Positions 17,215-25,487 of a stretch of 64,000 bases of DNA are shown here, in pieces (position 1 is the stretch's first letter; the number at the start of each line of letters is the position of its first letter). A program made the translations under genes and the position numbers. Source of the stretch: Vicinamibacterales bacterium (GTDB taxonomy: Bacteria; Acidobacteriota; Vicinamibacteria; Vicinamibacterales; UBA8438). Where the stretch lies: assembly GCA_963663815.1 (NCBI GenBank), contig OY760734.1; one strand, written 5' to 3'. The notes below the pieces were generated by a model, which worked only from the letters and a program-made list of their open reading frames with translations, ran no database searches and was not told where the DNA came from.

Positions 17215-18236
17215 TGAGGGCCGAGACGGTGATGACGGCGGTGCTGGTGCTGGGCCTGGGTGCCGGGTTCGCGCTCCCTGTGGCGGCGCAGCCGGGCCGG
17301 TCCGACGACGGGACGCCGGGGTTGGGCGGTGCGGGCGTCGACGATGGCCGAACGCCCATCCGCACGGTGCAGGCGAGCGAGACGCAGCCGGTGCGGATCT
17401 GGACGCGGGTGCGGACGGTGACCGCGATCGTGCTCCCGGAGGGCGAGTCGGTGGTGGAGACGGCCTCGGGGGACGCGGAGAACTGGGACGTCACGCCGGC
17501 CGGGGCCGTGCTGTACGTGAAGCCGCTCCTGGTCGGGATGGTGAGCAACCTGACGGTGCGTTCTGCCACGGGCCGGGTGTTCACGTTCACGATGGTCGAG
17601 GACAGCAACGCCGTGACGGACTACGTCGTGACGGTCGAGGCGCGGGAGGACGCGTTCGCGCCGGAGCTGGACGACGCCGCCCTGGCGCTCGTCCCGACCG
17701 CGTACCGCGCGGCCGGGCTCGCCCGCGGCCACGACGAGCGGATGTCGGCGTTCGAGGCCGACCGGCGGGCGGTCATCGCGTCCTCGGCGCGGGACGTGGC
17801 GGCGGTGTGGGAGCGCGCCGAGGCGCGGCGGGAGGAGTACCGGCGCGACTTCGCGCTGCGGGTGCGGCTGCCGTACCGGCTGACGGTCGAGGCGTTCGAC
17901 GTGCCGTTCCAGGTGCGGGACATGTGGACGGACGGGCGGTTCACGTATCTGCGGTCGGAGGGCCAGGAGCTGCCGGCGTTGTTCAGCTACCGGGGCGGCG
18001 AGCGGGAGCTGGTGGAGTTGGACGTCGAGCCGGAGGGCCTGCTGGTGGCGGACCAGGTGCTGCGTCACGGGATTCTGTCGCTGGGCGGCCGGGAGGCGTA
18101 CTTCGGGCTGGCGTCCGAGGGAGGTTGGATGCCGCAGGAGCGTCCCGGCTGGTGGCGCCGGCAGTTCGGGGAGCCACCGCGGATGTTCTGGAGCTGGGGC
18201 GCGGTGCTGGGCGGCTTCGTCCTGCTCATGCAGTGA
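17214..18236 (+). CDS. virB9: T4SS outer-membrane core protein VirB9/TrbG/CagX family (copy 1)
   Basis: Coupled ATG. Signal peptide MRAETVMTAVLVLGLGAGFALPVAAQ. ..RIWTRVRTVTAIVLPEGE..NWDVTPAG..LYVKP..NLTVRSATGRVFTFTM.. C-terminus ..VRDMWTDGRFTYLR.. Confidence 0.75.
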   Translation: MRAETVMTAVLVLGLGAGFALPVAAQPGRSDDGTPGLGGAGVDDGRTPIRTVQASETQPVRIWTRVRTVTAIVLPEGESVVETASGDAENWDVTPAGAVLYVKPLLVGMVSNLTVRSATGRVFTFTMVEDSNAVTDYVVTVEAREDAFAPELDDAALALVPTAYRAAGLARGHDERMSAFEADRRAVIASSARDVAAVWERAEARREEYRRDFALRVRLPYRLTVEAFDVPFQVRDMWTDGRFTYLRSEGQELPALFSYRGGERELVELDVEPEGLLVADQVLRHGILSLGGREAYFGLASEGGWMPQERPGWWRRQFGEPPRMFWSWGAVLGGFVLLMQ

Positions 18237-18270
18237 GCGGGGCGCGGCCGAGCCGGGGGAGAGAGCGGCT

Positions 18271-19218
18271 ATGCGGAGAGGGTTGCGGCGGGCGTCGGCG
18301 GCGGCCGTCATGGCGTCGGCCCTGGCGGCGGGCGCGCCGGCGAGTGCTCAGGTGCCGCAGGGCGCGGCGATGGCGGGGGTGCGGTCGGGGGTCGCGCTCC
18401 TCGAGGTCATCACCCGGGTGGGGTTCGAGACGACGGTGGTGCTGCCGCGCGCGTGGCGGGTAGTGGAGCGCCGGGTCGGCGACCCGCGGCGTTGGGTGGT
18501 GACCGGGGAGGGGCATCTGACGATGGTGCGGCCGCTGGTCGCCGATGCGAAGACGAACCTGAACCTCGTGCTCGCCTCGGGCCGGGTGGTGTCGGTGGGC
18601 CTGCGGGAGAACCAGGTGCTGCCCGTGCACACGGTGGTGCACCTCGACGTCGCCGGCGGCGTGTTCGCCGAGGATGGCGCGGGGGCCGGTGCGGAGGCGT
18701 TCCGGGAGGACGTCGTGGCCGGCACGTCGGGCGAGGAGGACGCGGCGGTGTTCGTCTCGGCCGTCGACGTGGAGGGCATCCGGGAGCGGGAGGCGCGGGC
18801 GCGGGAGTCGGTGGAGCGCATCCGGAGCGAGGCGGCCGACCGCCTGGCGGACGCGGTGCGGGCCGCGAACGCGGAGGCGGAGGCGTTCGAGACGGCCTAT
18901 CCGACGCAGCTGCACTTCGTCTTCGAGTTCAACCCGGAGGTCGACGTGGGCGGGGCCCCGTACTTCGTGGAAGGGATGTGGCACGACACGGAGTTCACCT
19001 ACATCCGCTTCCGGCAGGTGCTGGCCGAGGACGTGGTGGTGGCGGGGTTCCTCGAGGACCGTTCGGCGCGGGTCCTGGCGCACGAGGTCCTGGGCGTGGG
19101 CCAGGTGATCCGCGTGGCGGGGGTGGTCGAGGCGGGGATCCTCGGTGTGGGGAGCCTGGGCGCCGGCGTGCCGTGGCGCATGCGGGGCCGGGAGGAGCCA
19201 TGGCGAAGTGGACGGTGA
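18271..19218 (+). CDS. second VirB9/TrbG-like paralogue
   Basis: Signal peptide ..ASALAAGAPASAQ. ..VGFETTVVLPRAW..RWVVTGEGHLTMVRP..NLNLVLASGRVVSV.. C-terminus ..VEGMWHDTEFTYIRF.. Confidence 0.65.
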   Translation: MRRGLRRASAAAVMASALAAGAPASAQVPQGAAMAGVRSGVALLEVITRVGFETTVVLPRAWRVVERRVGDPRRWVVTGEGHLTMVRPLVADAKTNLNLVLASGRVVSVGLRENQVLPVHTVVHLDVAGGVFAEDGAGAGAEAFREDVVAGTSGEEDAAVFVSAVDVEGIREREARARESVERIRSEAADRLADAVRAANAEAEAFETAYPTQLHFVFEFNPEVDVGGAPYFVEGMWHDTEFTYIRFRQVLAEDVVVAGFLEDRSARVLAHEVLGVGQVIRVAGVVEAGILGVGSLGAGVPWRMRGREEPWRSGR

Positions 19219-20615
19219 CGGACCGCATCCCGAAGGGGATCCCGAAGAACCTGCCGGTGTACGTGGGGCTCGGGCTGTCGGCGTTCGTGATCATCGCGAT
19301 GCTGCTGACGACGGACACGGGGACCGGAGTCCCGTCGGAGGACGCTCCTCTGGCGGATTTGCCGCTGGTCACCGGGTCCGACGCCGAGGGGGTGATGGCG
19401 GCGCTCTCGGTAGAGGCGGAGCGGGCGCGTCAGGCGCTGGCGGAGCTGGAGCGCGAGCGGGAGGAGGCGGAGCTCCTGCGGCGGGAGGAGGAGGACCGCC
19501 GCCTGGCGGCGGAGCGTGAGCAGGACCGGGTGGAGCTTCAGGCGGCGCGTGAGGCGCTGGAGCGTGCGACGCAGCTCCGCGCGGAGTCGCAGCAGCAGGA
19601 CCTGTCCCCGAACCGGCGGCTGGAGCTCCTGGGGGCGGTCGGGTCGGTCGAGGAGGAGCAGCTGCGGGAGGCGATGCGGCTGGCGGAGATGGAGCGGTTC
19701 GCGAACTCGATGCGGGCGCCGGCGATGGTCGGTGCGGTGATGGCGCAGGCGGCTCCCGTTCCGCCGCCGGCCCCGGCGTCTCGGGAGAGCGACCTGGAAC
19801 GCCTCGTCCGGCTCGCCCAGGAGGCCGAGTCGGTGGAAGGTGCCGCCGCGCCGTCGTCCGGCGGGGCGCCGCCCGGTGCGCCGCCTCTGCGCGGCGACTC
19901 GCCTCCTCCCGGGGGATCGATGATGACGGTCCAGGCGGCGGCGGGCGGGCTGGCCGCGGCCCCGGTCGACGTCTATCCGCCCCTGGGTGCCGCGGAGGTG
20001 ACGGAGCAGTCGGGCGCGAGCTCGGCCGCGGTGGCGCGGTGGGGCGAGGTCCCGGAGGGTGCCGACCTGGTCTACCAGGGCCGGATGCTCCAGGCGACGC
20101 TCCAGACGCAGCTCTCGGGCGAGTTCACGGGTCCGGTGCGGGCGCTGGTGTCGATCCCGGTGTGGTCCCGCGACCGGCGGCACGTCGTGGTCCCGCGCGG
20201 CACGCTTGCGCTGGGCGAGGCGCAGCAGGTGACGGGGGCGTTCCAGGGCCGGCTGGCGGTGGGCTTCGACCGGCTCGTCTTCCCCGACGGGCGCACCGTG
20301 CGGATGTCCTTCGCGGGGCTCAACGCCATCGGGGAGGCGGGGCTCGCCGACGAGGTCAACCGGCACTACGTCTCGACGTTCGGTGCGGTGGGCGCGGTGG
20401 GGCTTCTGGCGGGCCTGGTGCGCGGCGGCGGGAGCGATTCGTTCTACGACCCGGTGAGCCAGCAGTTCGCGTTGACGGCGACGCAGCTGTTCGACCGCTA
20501 CATGAACCGGCTGCCGGAGATCACGGTCCGGGCCGGGCATCCGATGCGGATCTGGCTGACGCAGGACCTGATCGTGCCTCGCGGCGACGCGGGCCGGGAG
20601 AGGGGGCTCCGATGA
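19200..20615 (+). CDS. virB10: T4SS protein VirB10/TrbI
   Basis: Start at ATG 19200. N-terminal TM, coiled/Pro-rich linker, C-terminus ..GRMLQATLQTQLSGEFTGPVRALVS..VVPRGTLALGE..RLAVGFDRLVFPDGRTV..GEAGLADEVNRHY.. Confidence 0.85.
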   Translation: MAKWTVTDRIPKGIPKNLPVYVGLGLSAFVIIAMLLTTDTGTGVPSEDAPLADLPLVTGSDAEGVMAALSVEAERARQALAELEREREEAELLRREEEDRRLAAEREQDRVELQAAREALERATQLRAESQQQDLSPNRRLELLGAVGSVEEEQLREAMRLAEMERFANSMRAPAMVGAVMAQAAPVPPPAPASRESDLERLVRLAQEAESVEGAAAPSSGGAPPGAPPLRGDSPPPGGSMMTVQAAAGGLAAAPVDVYPPLGAAEVTEQSGASSAAVARWGEVPEGADLVYQGRMLQATLQTQLSGEFTGPVRALVSIPVWSRDRRHVVVPRGTLALGEAQQVTGAFQGRLAVGFDRLVFPDGRTVRMSFAGLNAIGEAGLADEVNRHYVSTFGAVGAVGLLAGLVRGGGSDSFYDPVSQQFALTATQLFDRYMNRLPEITVRAGHPMRIWLTQDLIVPRGDAGRERGLR

Positions 20616-20749
20616 CGAGAATGCGGTTGGACGATGTGTTGATGCTGGCGCTGGCGGAGCGGCTCATGGAGACGGGTCATGTGTTCGGCGCGGCGTTCGT
20701 GGCGGGGGCGGTGGCGTTTGTCTGGTTTTTCCCGAGGAGGGCGAGATGA
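20612..20749 (+). CDS. small membrane protein (45 aa), coupled on both sides
   Basis: MTRMRLDDVLMLALAERLMETGHVFGAAFVAGAVAFVWFFPRRAR. ATGA overlaps at both ends. Confidence 0.4.
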   Translation: MTRMRLDDVLMLALAERLMETGHVFGAAFVAGAVAFVWFFPRRAR

Positions 20750-21711
20750 CGAGGAGGGCGCGGCTGGCGTGGGCGGTGGCGTTGATGCTGGCGGTGATGC
20801 TGGTCGGCACGCGCCGGCCTGCGCAGGCGTTCCTGGGCCTCGACCCGGCCTCGTGGATCGTGGTGGGGCAGATGGCGTCGGTGGTGTCGCAGATGGTGGC
20901 GGTGCGGGACAGCATGATGCGGCTCCGCGACGAGGCGCTCAGCCACGCGCGGGGCTTGATCGAGCCGGTGGACGACTTCGCGGGTGAGCTGAGGTCCGCG
21001 CTCAAGGGCGGCGACTGGTCGGCGTTCAACGCCGGCGACGTCCCGCATCCCGAGGACACCGAGATCGGGGCCTGCCCCGGCGGCACGCTGCCCCAGACGG
21101 GGTCGGCGGCGGAACGAGTGTGCGTCCCGGACGACCTGCCCGAGCTGACGGCGAACATGGCCGGTGACGGCGTGCCCGCGGAGGCCGCGGAGGCGTTCCG
21201 GCTGAGGCAGGCTCTGGTCGAGGCGGAGCACGACCGGCTGCGGTCGGAGAGCGAGTACGCGCGGCAGCTGGTCGATGCGGCGGCCGTGAAGATCGCCAAC
21301 TGGCACGGGTGCGAGACGGACCCGGGGGCGGGGTCGAGCGCCATGCGTTGTCCCGACGGGGTGGCGGAGACGGAGGGTGGCCGGGCGCAGCTGCTCGACG
21401 CGCTGGATGCGCTCTCGTCGGCCGACTGCGAGGCGGCCGGCGGCGACGGGTCGGGCGGCGCCTGCCCGTCGATGGCGCAGCTGCGGTCGCTGATGGTGAC
21501 GGGGTTGCAGTCGATGGCGGCGTTCGCGGCGGCGGAAGCCGAGATCGAGGCGGCGGAGCTCGACATCGCGCGGCGGGACGAGGAGGCGCGGCTGCTCCAG
21601 GAGGCGCTCCGCCGTCAGGAGGCGGTCGAGAGCCTCGAAGGCATCGAGGCGCTCTTCGACGCCGACGTGTCGAGTCCGGCGTTCGCTGGCGGCCCCCTGG
21701 CCGGCTGGTGA
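20746..21711 (+). CDS. secreted VirB5/TrbJ-like protein (copy 1), tentative
   Basis: Signal peptide ..LVGTRRPAQA. FLGLDPASWIVVGQMASVVSQMVAVRDSMMRLRDEAL resembles the TrbJ/VirB5 N-terminal helix. Position is before VirB6. Confidence 0.45.
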   Translation: MTRRARLAWAVALMLAVMLVGTRRPAQAFLGLDPASWIVVGQMASVVSQMVAVRDSMMRLRDEALSHARGLIEPVDDFAGELRSALKGGDWSAFNAGDVPHPEDTEIGACPGGTLPQTGSAAERVCVPDDLPELTANMAGDGVPAEAAEAFRLRQALVEAEHDRLRSESEYARQLVDAAAVKIANWHGCETDPGAGSSAMRCPDGVAETEGGRAQLLDALDALSSADCEAAGGDGSGGACPSMAQLRSLMVTGLQSMAAFAAAEAEIEAAELDIARRDEEARLLQEALRRQEAVESLEGIEALFDADVSSPAFAGGPLAGW

Positions 21712-21740
21712 CGCGTGTTCCCCGGTTTCGGAGGTGAGTG

Positions 21741-22739
21741 ATGACTGACAGCGGCCAGGACATCGAGGTGCGTCGGCGACGTCCGAGGAGTTCCCGGCTG
21801 ATGCGCGGGGCGGTCGCGGTGGGGCTCGTGTGCGTGTTGTTCCTCACCGTGCCGGCGCGCAGCGATGCGGGCTGGGCGGGGATGCTCGTCCAGATGGTCT
21901 CGGTCCTCGAGAACCTGCGCCGGATCGTTCAGACCGCGGAGGAGATGACGGCGAACGCGACGGCCGAGTTCCGGGGGCTGCTCGACCCCGGTGGGGTCGT
22001 GAGTGGAATCCAGAGCCTGTCTGACTGGCGCGGGCTCTACCGGCAGTTCCTGGAGGTGCCGGAGGTGTGGGAGCTGGCGCCGAAGAGCGCGGAGCTGGTC
22101 GCGGAGGGTCTCGGGGACTACCGGACGGCGGCGCAGCTCGCGGGAGGCGATGGCTGGTCGGCGTACGACTTCAAGTCGCTGGCGGGGTGGAACGGCTTCC
22201 TCGAGAGCGGTCCGTTGTCGTGGACGGGCGGCATCGGGAGCACGATGGGCGCGTTGGAGAGCCTCGACGTGGTCGACGCCGAGACGCTGAGGGCGTTCCG
22301 GAGCGCGGTCGAGGCGGAGTCTGTGATTCACGGGATGCGGTATGCGCGTTCGCTGGAGAGCCGGCTGGCGTCCGCGGCGCTGTTGGGCTCGACCGCGGCC
22401 GACGGCGCGCAGGCGCTGGGCCCCGACGAAGGGATGCTCGAGGCGCTGGAGGAGGTCGTCGAGGAGGCGGTGGAGGTGAGCTCGGCCGAGACGGCCAGCG
22501 ACGCCGAGCAGAGCAGCGGGCAGACGATGGTCGTGGCGGGCCTGGCGTCGACGGCGGCGGGCACGCTGGGGGTCGCGGCGGCGCGGTTCAAGGGGGCGAT
22601 CGAGGAACGCGACCGCAAGCTGTGGGAGGCCGCGCAGCGGCGTTCGGAGATGGCGCGCGGCCTCCAGCGCATTGCGGAGCTCGACTTCACCGTGACAGGC
22701 ACGCCGGCCCCGTTCGGGGCGTCGGACGACGAGGACTGA
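21741..22739 (+). CDS. secreted VirB5/TrbJ-like protein (copy 2), tentative
   Basis: GGAGG upstream. Signal ..LFLTVPARSDA, then GWAGMLVQMVSVLENLRRIVQTAEEM, parallel to copy 1. Confidence 0.4.
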   Translation: MTDSGQDIEVRRRRPRSSRLMRGAVAVGLVCVLFLTVPARSDAGWAGMLVQMVSVLENLRRIVQTAEEMTANATAEFRGLLDPGGVVSGIQSLSDWRGLYRQFLEVPEVWELAPKSAELVAEGLGDYRTAAQLAGGDGWSAYDFKSLAGWNGFLESGPLSWTGGIGSTMGALESLDVVDAETLRAFRSAVEAESVIHGMRYARSLESRLASAALLGSTAADGAQALGPDEGMLEALEEVVEEAVEVSSAETASDAEQSSGQTMVVAGLASTAAGTLGVAAARFKGAIEERDRKLWEAAQRRSEMARGLQRIAELDFTVTGTPAPFGASDDED

Positions 22740-22740
22740 C

Positions 22741-23868
22741 GTGGCGAATGCTGCCCGCCGCCGGCACCTCGTCGCGGTAGTTGCGCTGAGCCTGGTGGTC
22801 CTGGGCGTTGCGCCGGCATTGGCGCAGCCGACGGATCCGGGGTCGACGCAGATCGACGATGCCCTGGAGGCGGTGGGCGACCGGATTGTCGGGGGCGGCG
22901 TCAGCTTGCGCGACTGGTTCTACAACCTCGGTCTCTCGCTGTGGGGGGCGCTGGCGTTGAGCATGGTGGCCTGGCAGGGGATTCAGGTCGCGCTCGGGGG
23001 GCGGTTCGAGATAGGTGACCTGGTGAAGTTCCTCTTCTGGCTCGCCGTCCCGAGGATGATCCTCGAGGGGTTCTACACGGACTACGAGCTGTTCGGGAAC
23101 CAGACGTTCGTGGCCATGGTGACGAACCAGGGGCCGGCGATGGCGTCGGCGCTCAATCCCGGAGGGGGGCCCTGGACGGAAGCGATGAATGCGGTGCTGA
23201 CCGCGGTGGGTCAGATGCTCGGAAAGGTGCTGCAGATCTCGGTATTCGGGGATGCCGGTCTGTTCAGCGGGCTCGCCGTGCTGGCGCAGCTGGCGTTGAT
23301 GTACGTCGTATTGATGATTGTCACCGTCCTCGGGTTGGTGTTCGTTCTTGTGGCGCTGGTCCTGGTGTATGTGCAGACGCTCTGGGCCGAGGTCGCGGTG
23401 GGGATGATGTCGCTGGCCGGCCCGGTGTTCGTGCCCTTTCTCCTGGTCGAGCAGCTCAGCTTCATGTTCTGGTCGTGGTTCAAGGCGATCCTCCATTACT
23501 CGTTGCAGGCGTTCGTGGGGGGCATGATGATGGCGCTGATCGGCGAGTTGGCGCTGGGACCGATCACGAACATGGCGGCGCTGGTTGCGGCTATCAGCCC
23601 GGTGCCCGGAGACGGCGGTGTGAACCTCCAGGTCGGCCGGCTCTGGGACGATCTCATTCTGCCGACGCTCCAGTGGTTCCCCATCATGGTGTGCTGCCTC
23701 TTCATGTCGCTGAAGGTGGGCGAGTTCACGGCGGCGCTGGTGTCGGGCATGGGGGCGCCCACCTCGGGCATGGCGGGCGTGGCGTTGGCGGCGATGACGG
23801 CGGGCAAGAGCGTGGCGCTGCGGGCCGGGGCGATGGCGGCGAAGCGCTTCACGAGGGCGGGAGTCTGA
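22741..23868 (+). CDS. virB6: T4SS inner-membrane protein VirB6/TrbL
   Basis: 375 aa, signal-like N-terminus, then at least 6 hydrophobic helices (..LSLWGALALSMVAWQG.., ..VLAQLALMYVVLMIVTVLGLVFVLVALVLVY..). Confidence 0.7.
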   Translation: MANAARRRHLVAVVALSLVVLGVAPALAQPTDPGSTQIDDALEAVGDRIVGGGVSLRDWFYNLGLSLWGALALSMVAWQGIQVALGGRFEIGDLVKFLFWLAVPRMILEGFYTDYELFGNQTFVAMVTNQGPAMASALNPGGGPWTEAMNAVLTAVGQMLGKVLQISVFGDAGLFSGLAVLAQLALMYVVLMIVTVLGLVFVLVALVLVYVQTLWAEVAVGMMSLAGPVFVPFLLVEQLSFMFWSWFKAILHYSLQAFVGGMMMALIGELALGPITNMAALVAAISPVPGDGGVNLQVGRLWDDLILPTLQWFPIMVCCLFMSLKVGEFTAALVSGMGAPTSGMAGVALAAMTAGKSVALRAGAMAAKRFTRAGV

Positions 23869-23871
23869 CGG

Positions 23872-24504
23872 ATGGCCGGTGCGCGGGAGTTCGCGGAGAT
23901 CTGGGGCGAGGAGATGCACCGTGCCCGCCAGTACCGCGCGGTGGTGTTGCTGTTGACGTTGGGGCTGACGGCATCGGGGGCGGGGCACTGCGCGGCCGCT
24001 CTGGAGCCCGAGCCGCCGCCGCTCGTGGTGCGCGTCGACGAGGTGGGGCGCGCCGAGGTGGTGGACTACCTGCCGGAGGCGGTCGCGCCCACGTCGCCGG
24101 AGACGCTGTTCTTCATCCGCCGGTTCGTGGTCGACCAGTACGAGCGGCGCGCGGCGGTGGTGGAGGAGCGCTGGGGCCGGTCGTTCCACTTCGTGTCGCA
24201 GGAGGTGGCGGACGCTCTCGTCGCGGACCACTCCGGTGAGGTGACGGGTTACCTGTCGGGCCGGTTGACCGACGAGGTGCGGGTGGAGGACGTGGCGATC
24301 CGGGTGGTCCCGGGCCTCGAGCCTCCTTACGGCGCGGAGGTGCGGTTCGACCGGGTGACCTACTTGAGAGGACGAGAGACTGCGCGCGCCAGCGTCACGC
24401 TAGGGTTGCAGTTCTCGTTCACGGCGGTGGACCGGACTCTCATCTTCGACAACCCGATCGGGCTCGTGATCAGCTTCCTTGAGGCCAGCGAGGTGGTGCG
24501 GTGA
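23872..24504 (+). CDS. virB8: T4SS protein VirB8
   Basis: N-terminal TM (RAVVLLLTLGLTASG), then ..FIRRFVVDQYER..W..SFHFVS......NPIGLVISFLEAS (NTF2-like VirB8 pattern). Confidence 0.7.
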   Translation: MAGAREFAEIWGEEMHRARQYRAVVLLLTLGLTASGAGHCAAALEPEPPPLVVRVDEVGRAEVVDYLPEAVAPTSPETLFFIRRFVVDQYERRAAVVEERWGRSFHFVSQEVADALVADHSGEVTGYLSGRLTDEVRVEDVAIRVVPGLEPPYGAEVRFDRVTYLRGRETARASVTLGLQFSFTAVDRTLIFDNPIGLVISFLEASEVVR

Positions 24505-25487
24505 TGGAGAGTGGGGAGGCGCGGGCGCGGTCGGAAGAGATGGCCGGTCGGCTCCGGGAGAAGTTCGGGCTGGACCAGGAGGAGGCTGAGTTCGTCGTGC
24601 TCGTCGGGCGGAACGGGGGGGTGTGTCTAGTAGGACAGGTGGCTGCGTGGTGCCGGGCTCGCAAGTTGGCGGCATCGCCCCCGGCGGTTTCGAGATGGAT
24701 CAATGGCCTTCGCGACAAGTTGGGCGCGGGTTTCACAACGTGCCCTCTGGAGCGCGAGGGCACGCGTAGCGTGCAATTACTTCAGTTCGTGGGCCGGAAG
24801 GTCTATGCGGAGCTTGGGATGGATGAGAGCCGCTGGCGGCGCCCGGCGCAGAGGAAGGCGACAATCGTGGAGATCAAGCGCCGGCTGGTGAGTGTCGGTG
24901 CGGTCCTGTCCCGCTGGTGGTATCCGTGGCTCGGCACGGTGGAGGCATCGGTGGGGTGGTGCGACGCCCTCGGGATCGACCGCGCGGTGCTTCCGCAGAC
25001 TCGCTACGGGACGGGTGGCAAGAAGAAGCCGAGCTACTTCGCGGACCGCTCGCCGCACGCCGCGGAGGGCAACCTCTGTCTCTTCGTCTGCCCGCTGGTG
25101 GTCGAGGAGAGGGACGAGAGCAGGGGGCTCCGCAAGTGGGGCCGAAGCTACGCCCCCCTGTGGCAGGCCCTGGGCCGCGTGGGCGTGCAGACGACGGTCG
25201 TTGTCGCGCGGAGCGCGCAGACCCTGTCGGTGCCGGTCGCGGACGTGATGAGCGGCTGGGAGGCGGGCGGCGAGAGCCACCGGGCGGTGCGGGGCATCTG
25301 GTTCGATACCCAGCTCGACTACGTGCTCGCGGGGAACGCCCCGGCCGTGCTCGAGGCGCACGGCGGGCCGGAGGGCGTCGCCCGCCGGCGCCGCGAGCTG
25401 GCGGCGGCGATCGAGGCGGCGCGGACGGAAGTGGTCCGCGGGGTGGCGAAGACCGAGGAGCTCGTGCTGGAGGAGGTGCCGGCATGA
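24501..25487 (+). CDS. hypothetical protein inside the T4SS operon (between VirB8 and VirD4)
   Basis: 328-aa ORF coupled at both ends. No family recognised. Confidence 0.55.
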   Translation: MMESGEARARSEEMAGRLREKFGLDQEEAEFVVLVGRNGGVCLVGQVAAWCRARKLAASPPAVSRWINGLRDKLGAGFTTCPLEREGTRSVQLLQFVGRKVYAELGMDESRWRRPAQRKATIVEIKRRLVSVGAVLSRWWYPWLGTVEASVGWCDALGIDRAVLPQTRYGTGGKKKPSYFADRSPHAAEGNLCLFVCPLVVEERDESRGLRKWGRSYAPLWQALGRVGVQTTVVVARSAQTLSVPVADVMSGWEAGGESHRAVRGIWFDTQLDYVLAGNAPAVLEAHGGPEGVARRRRELAAAIEAARTEVVRGVAKTEELVLEEVPA

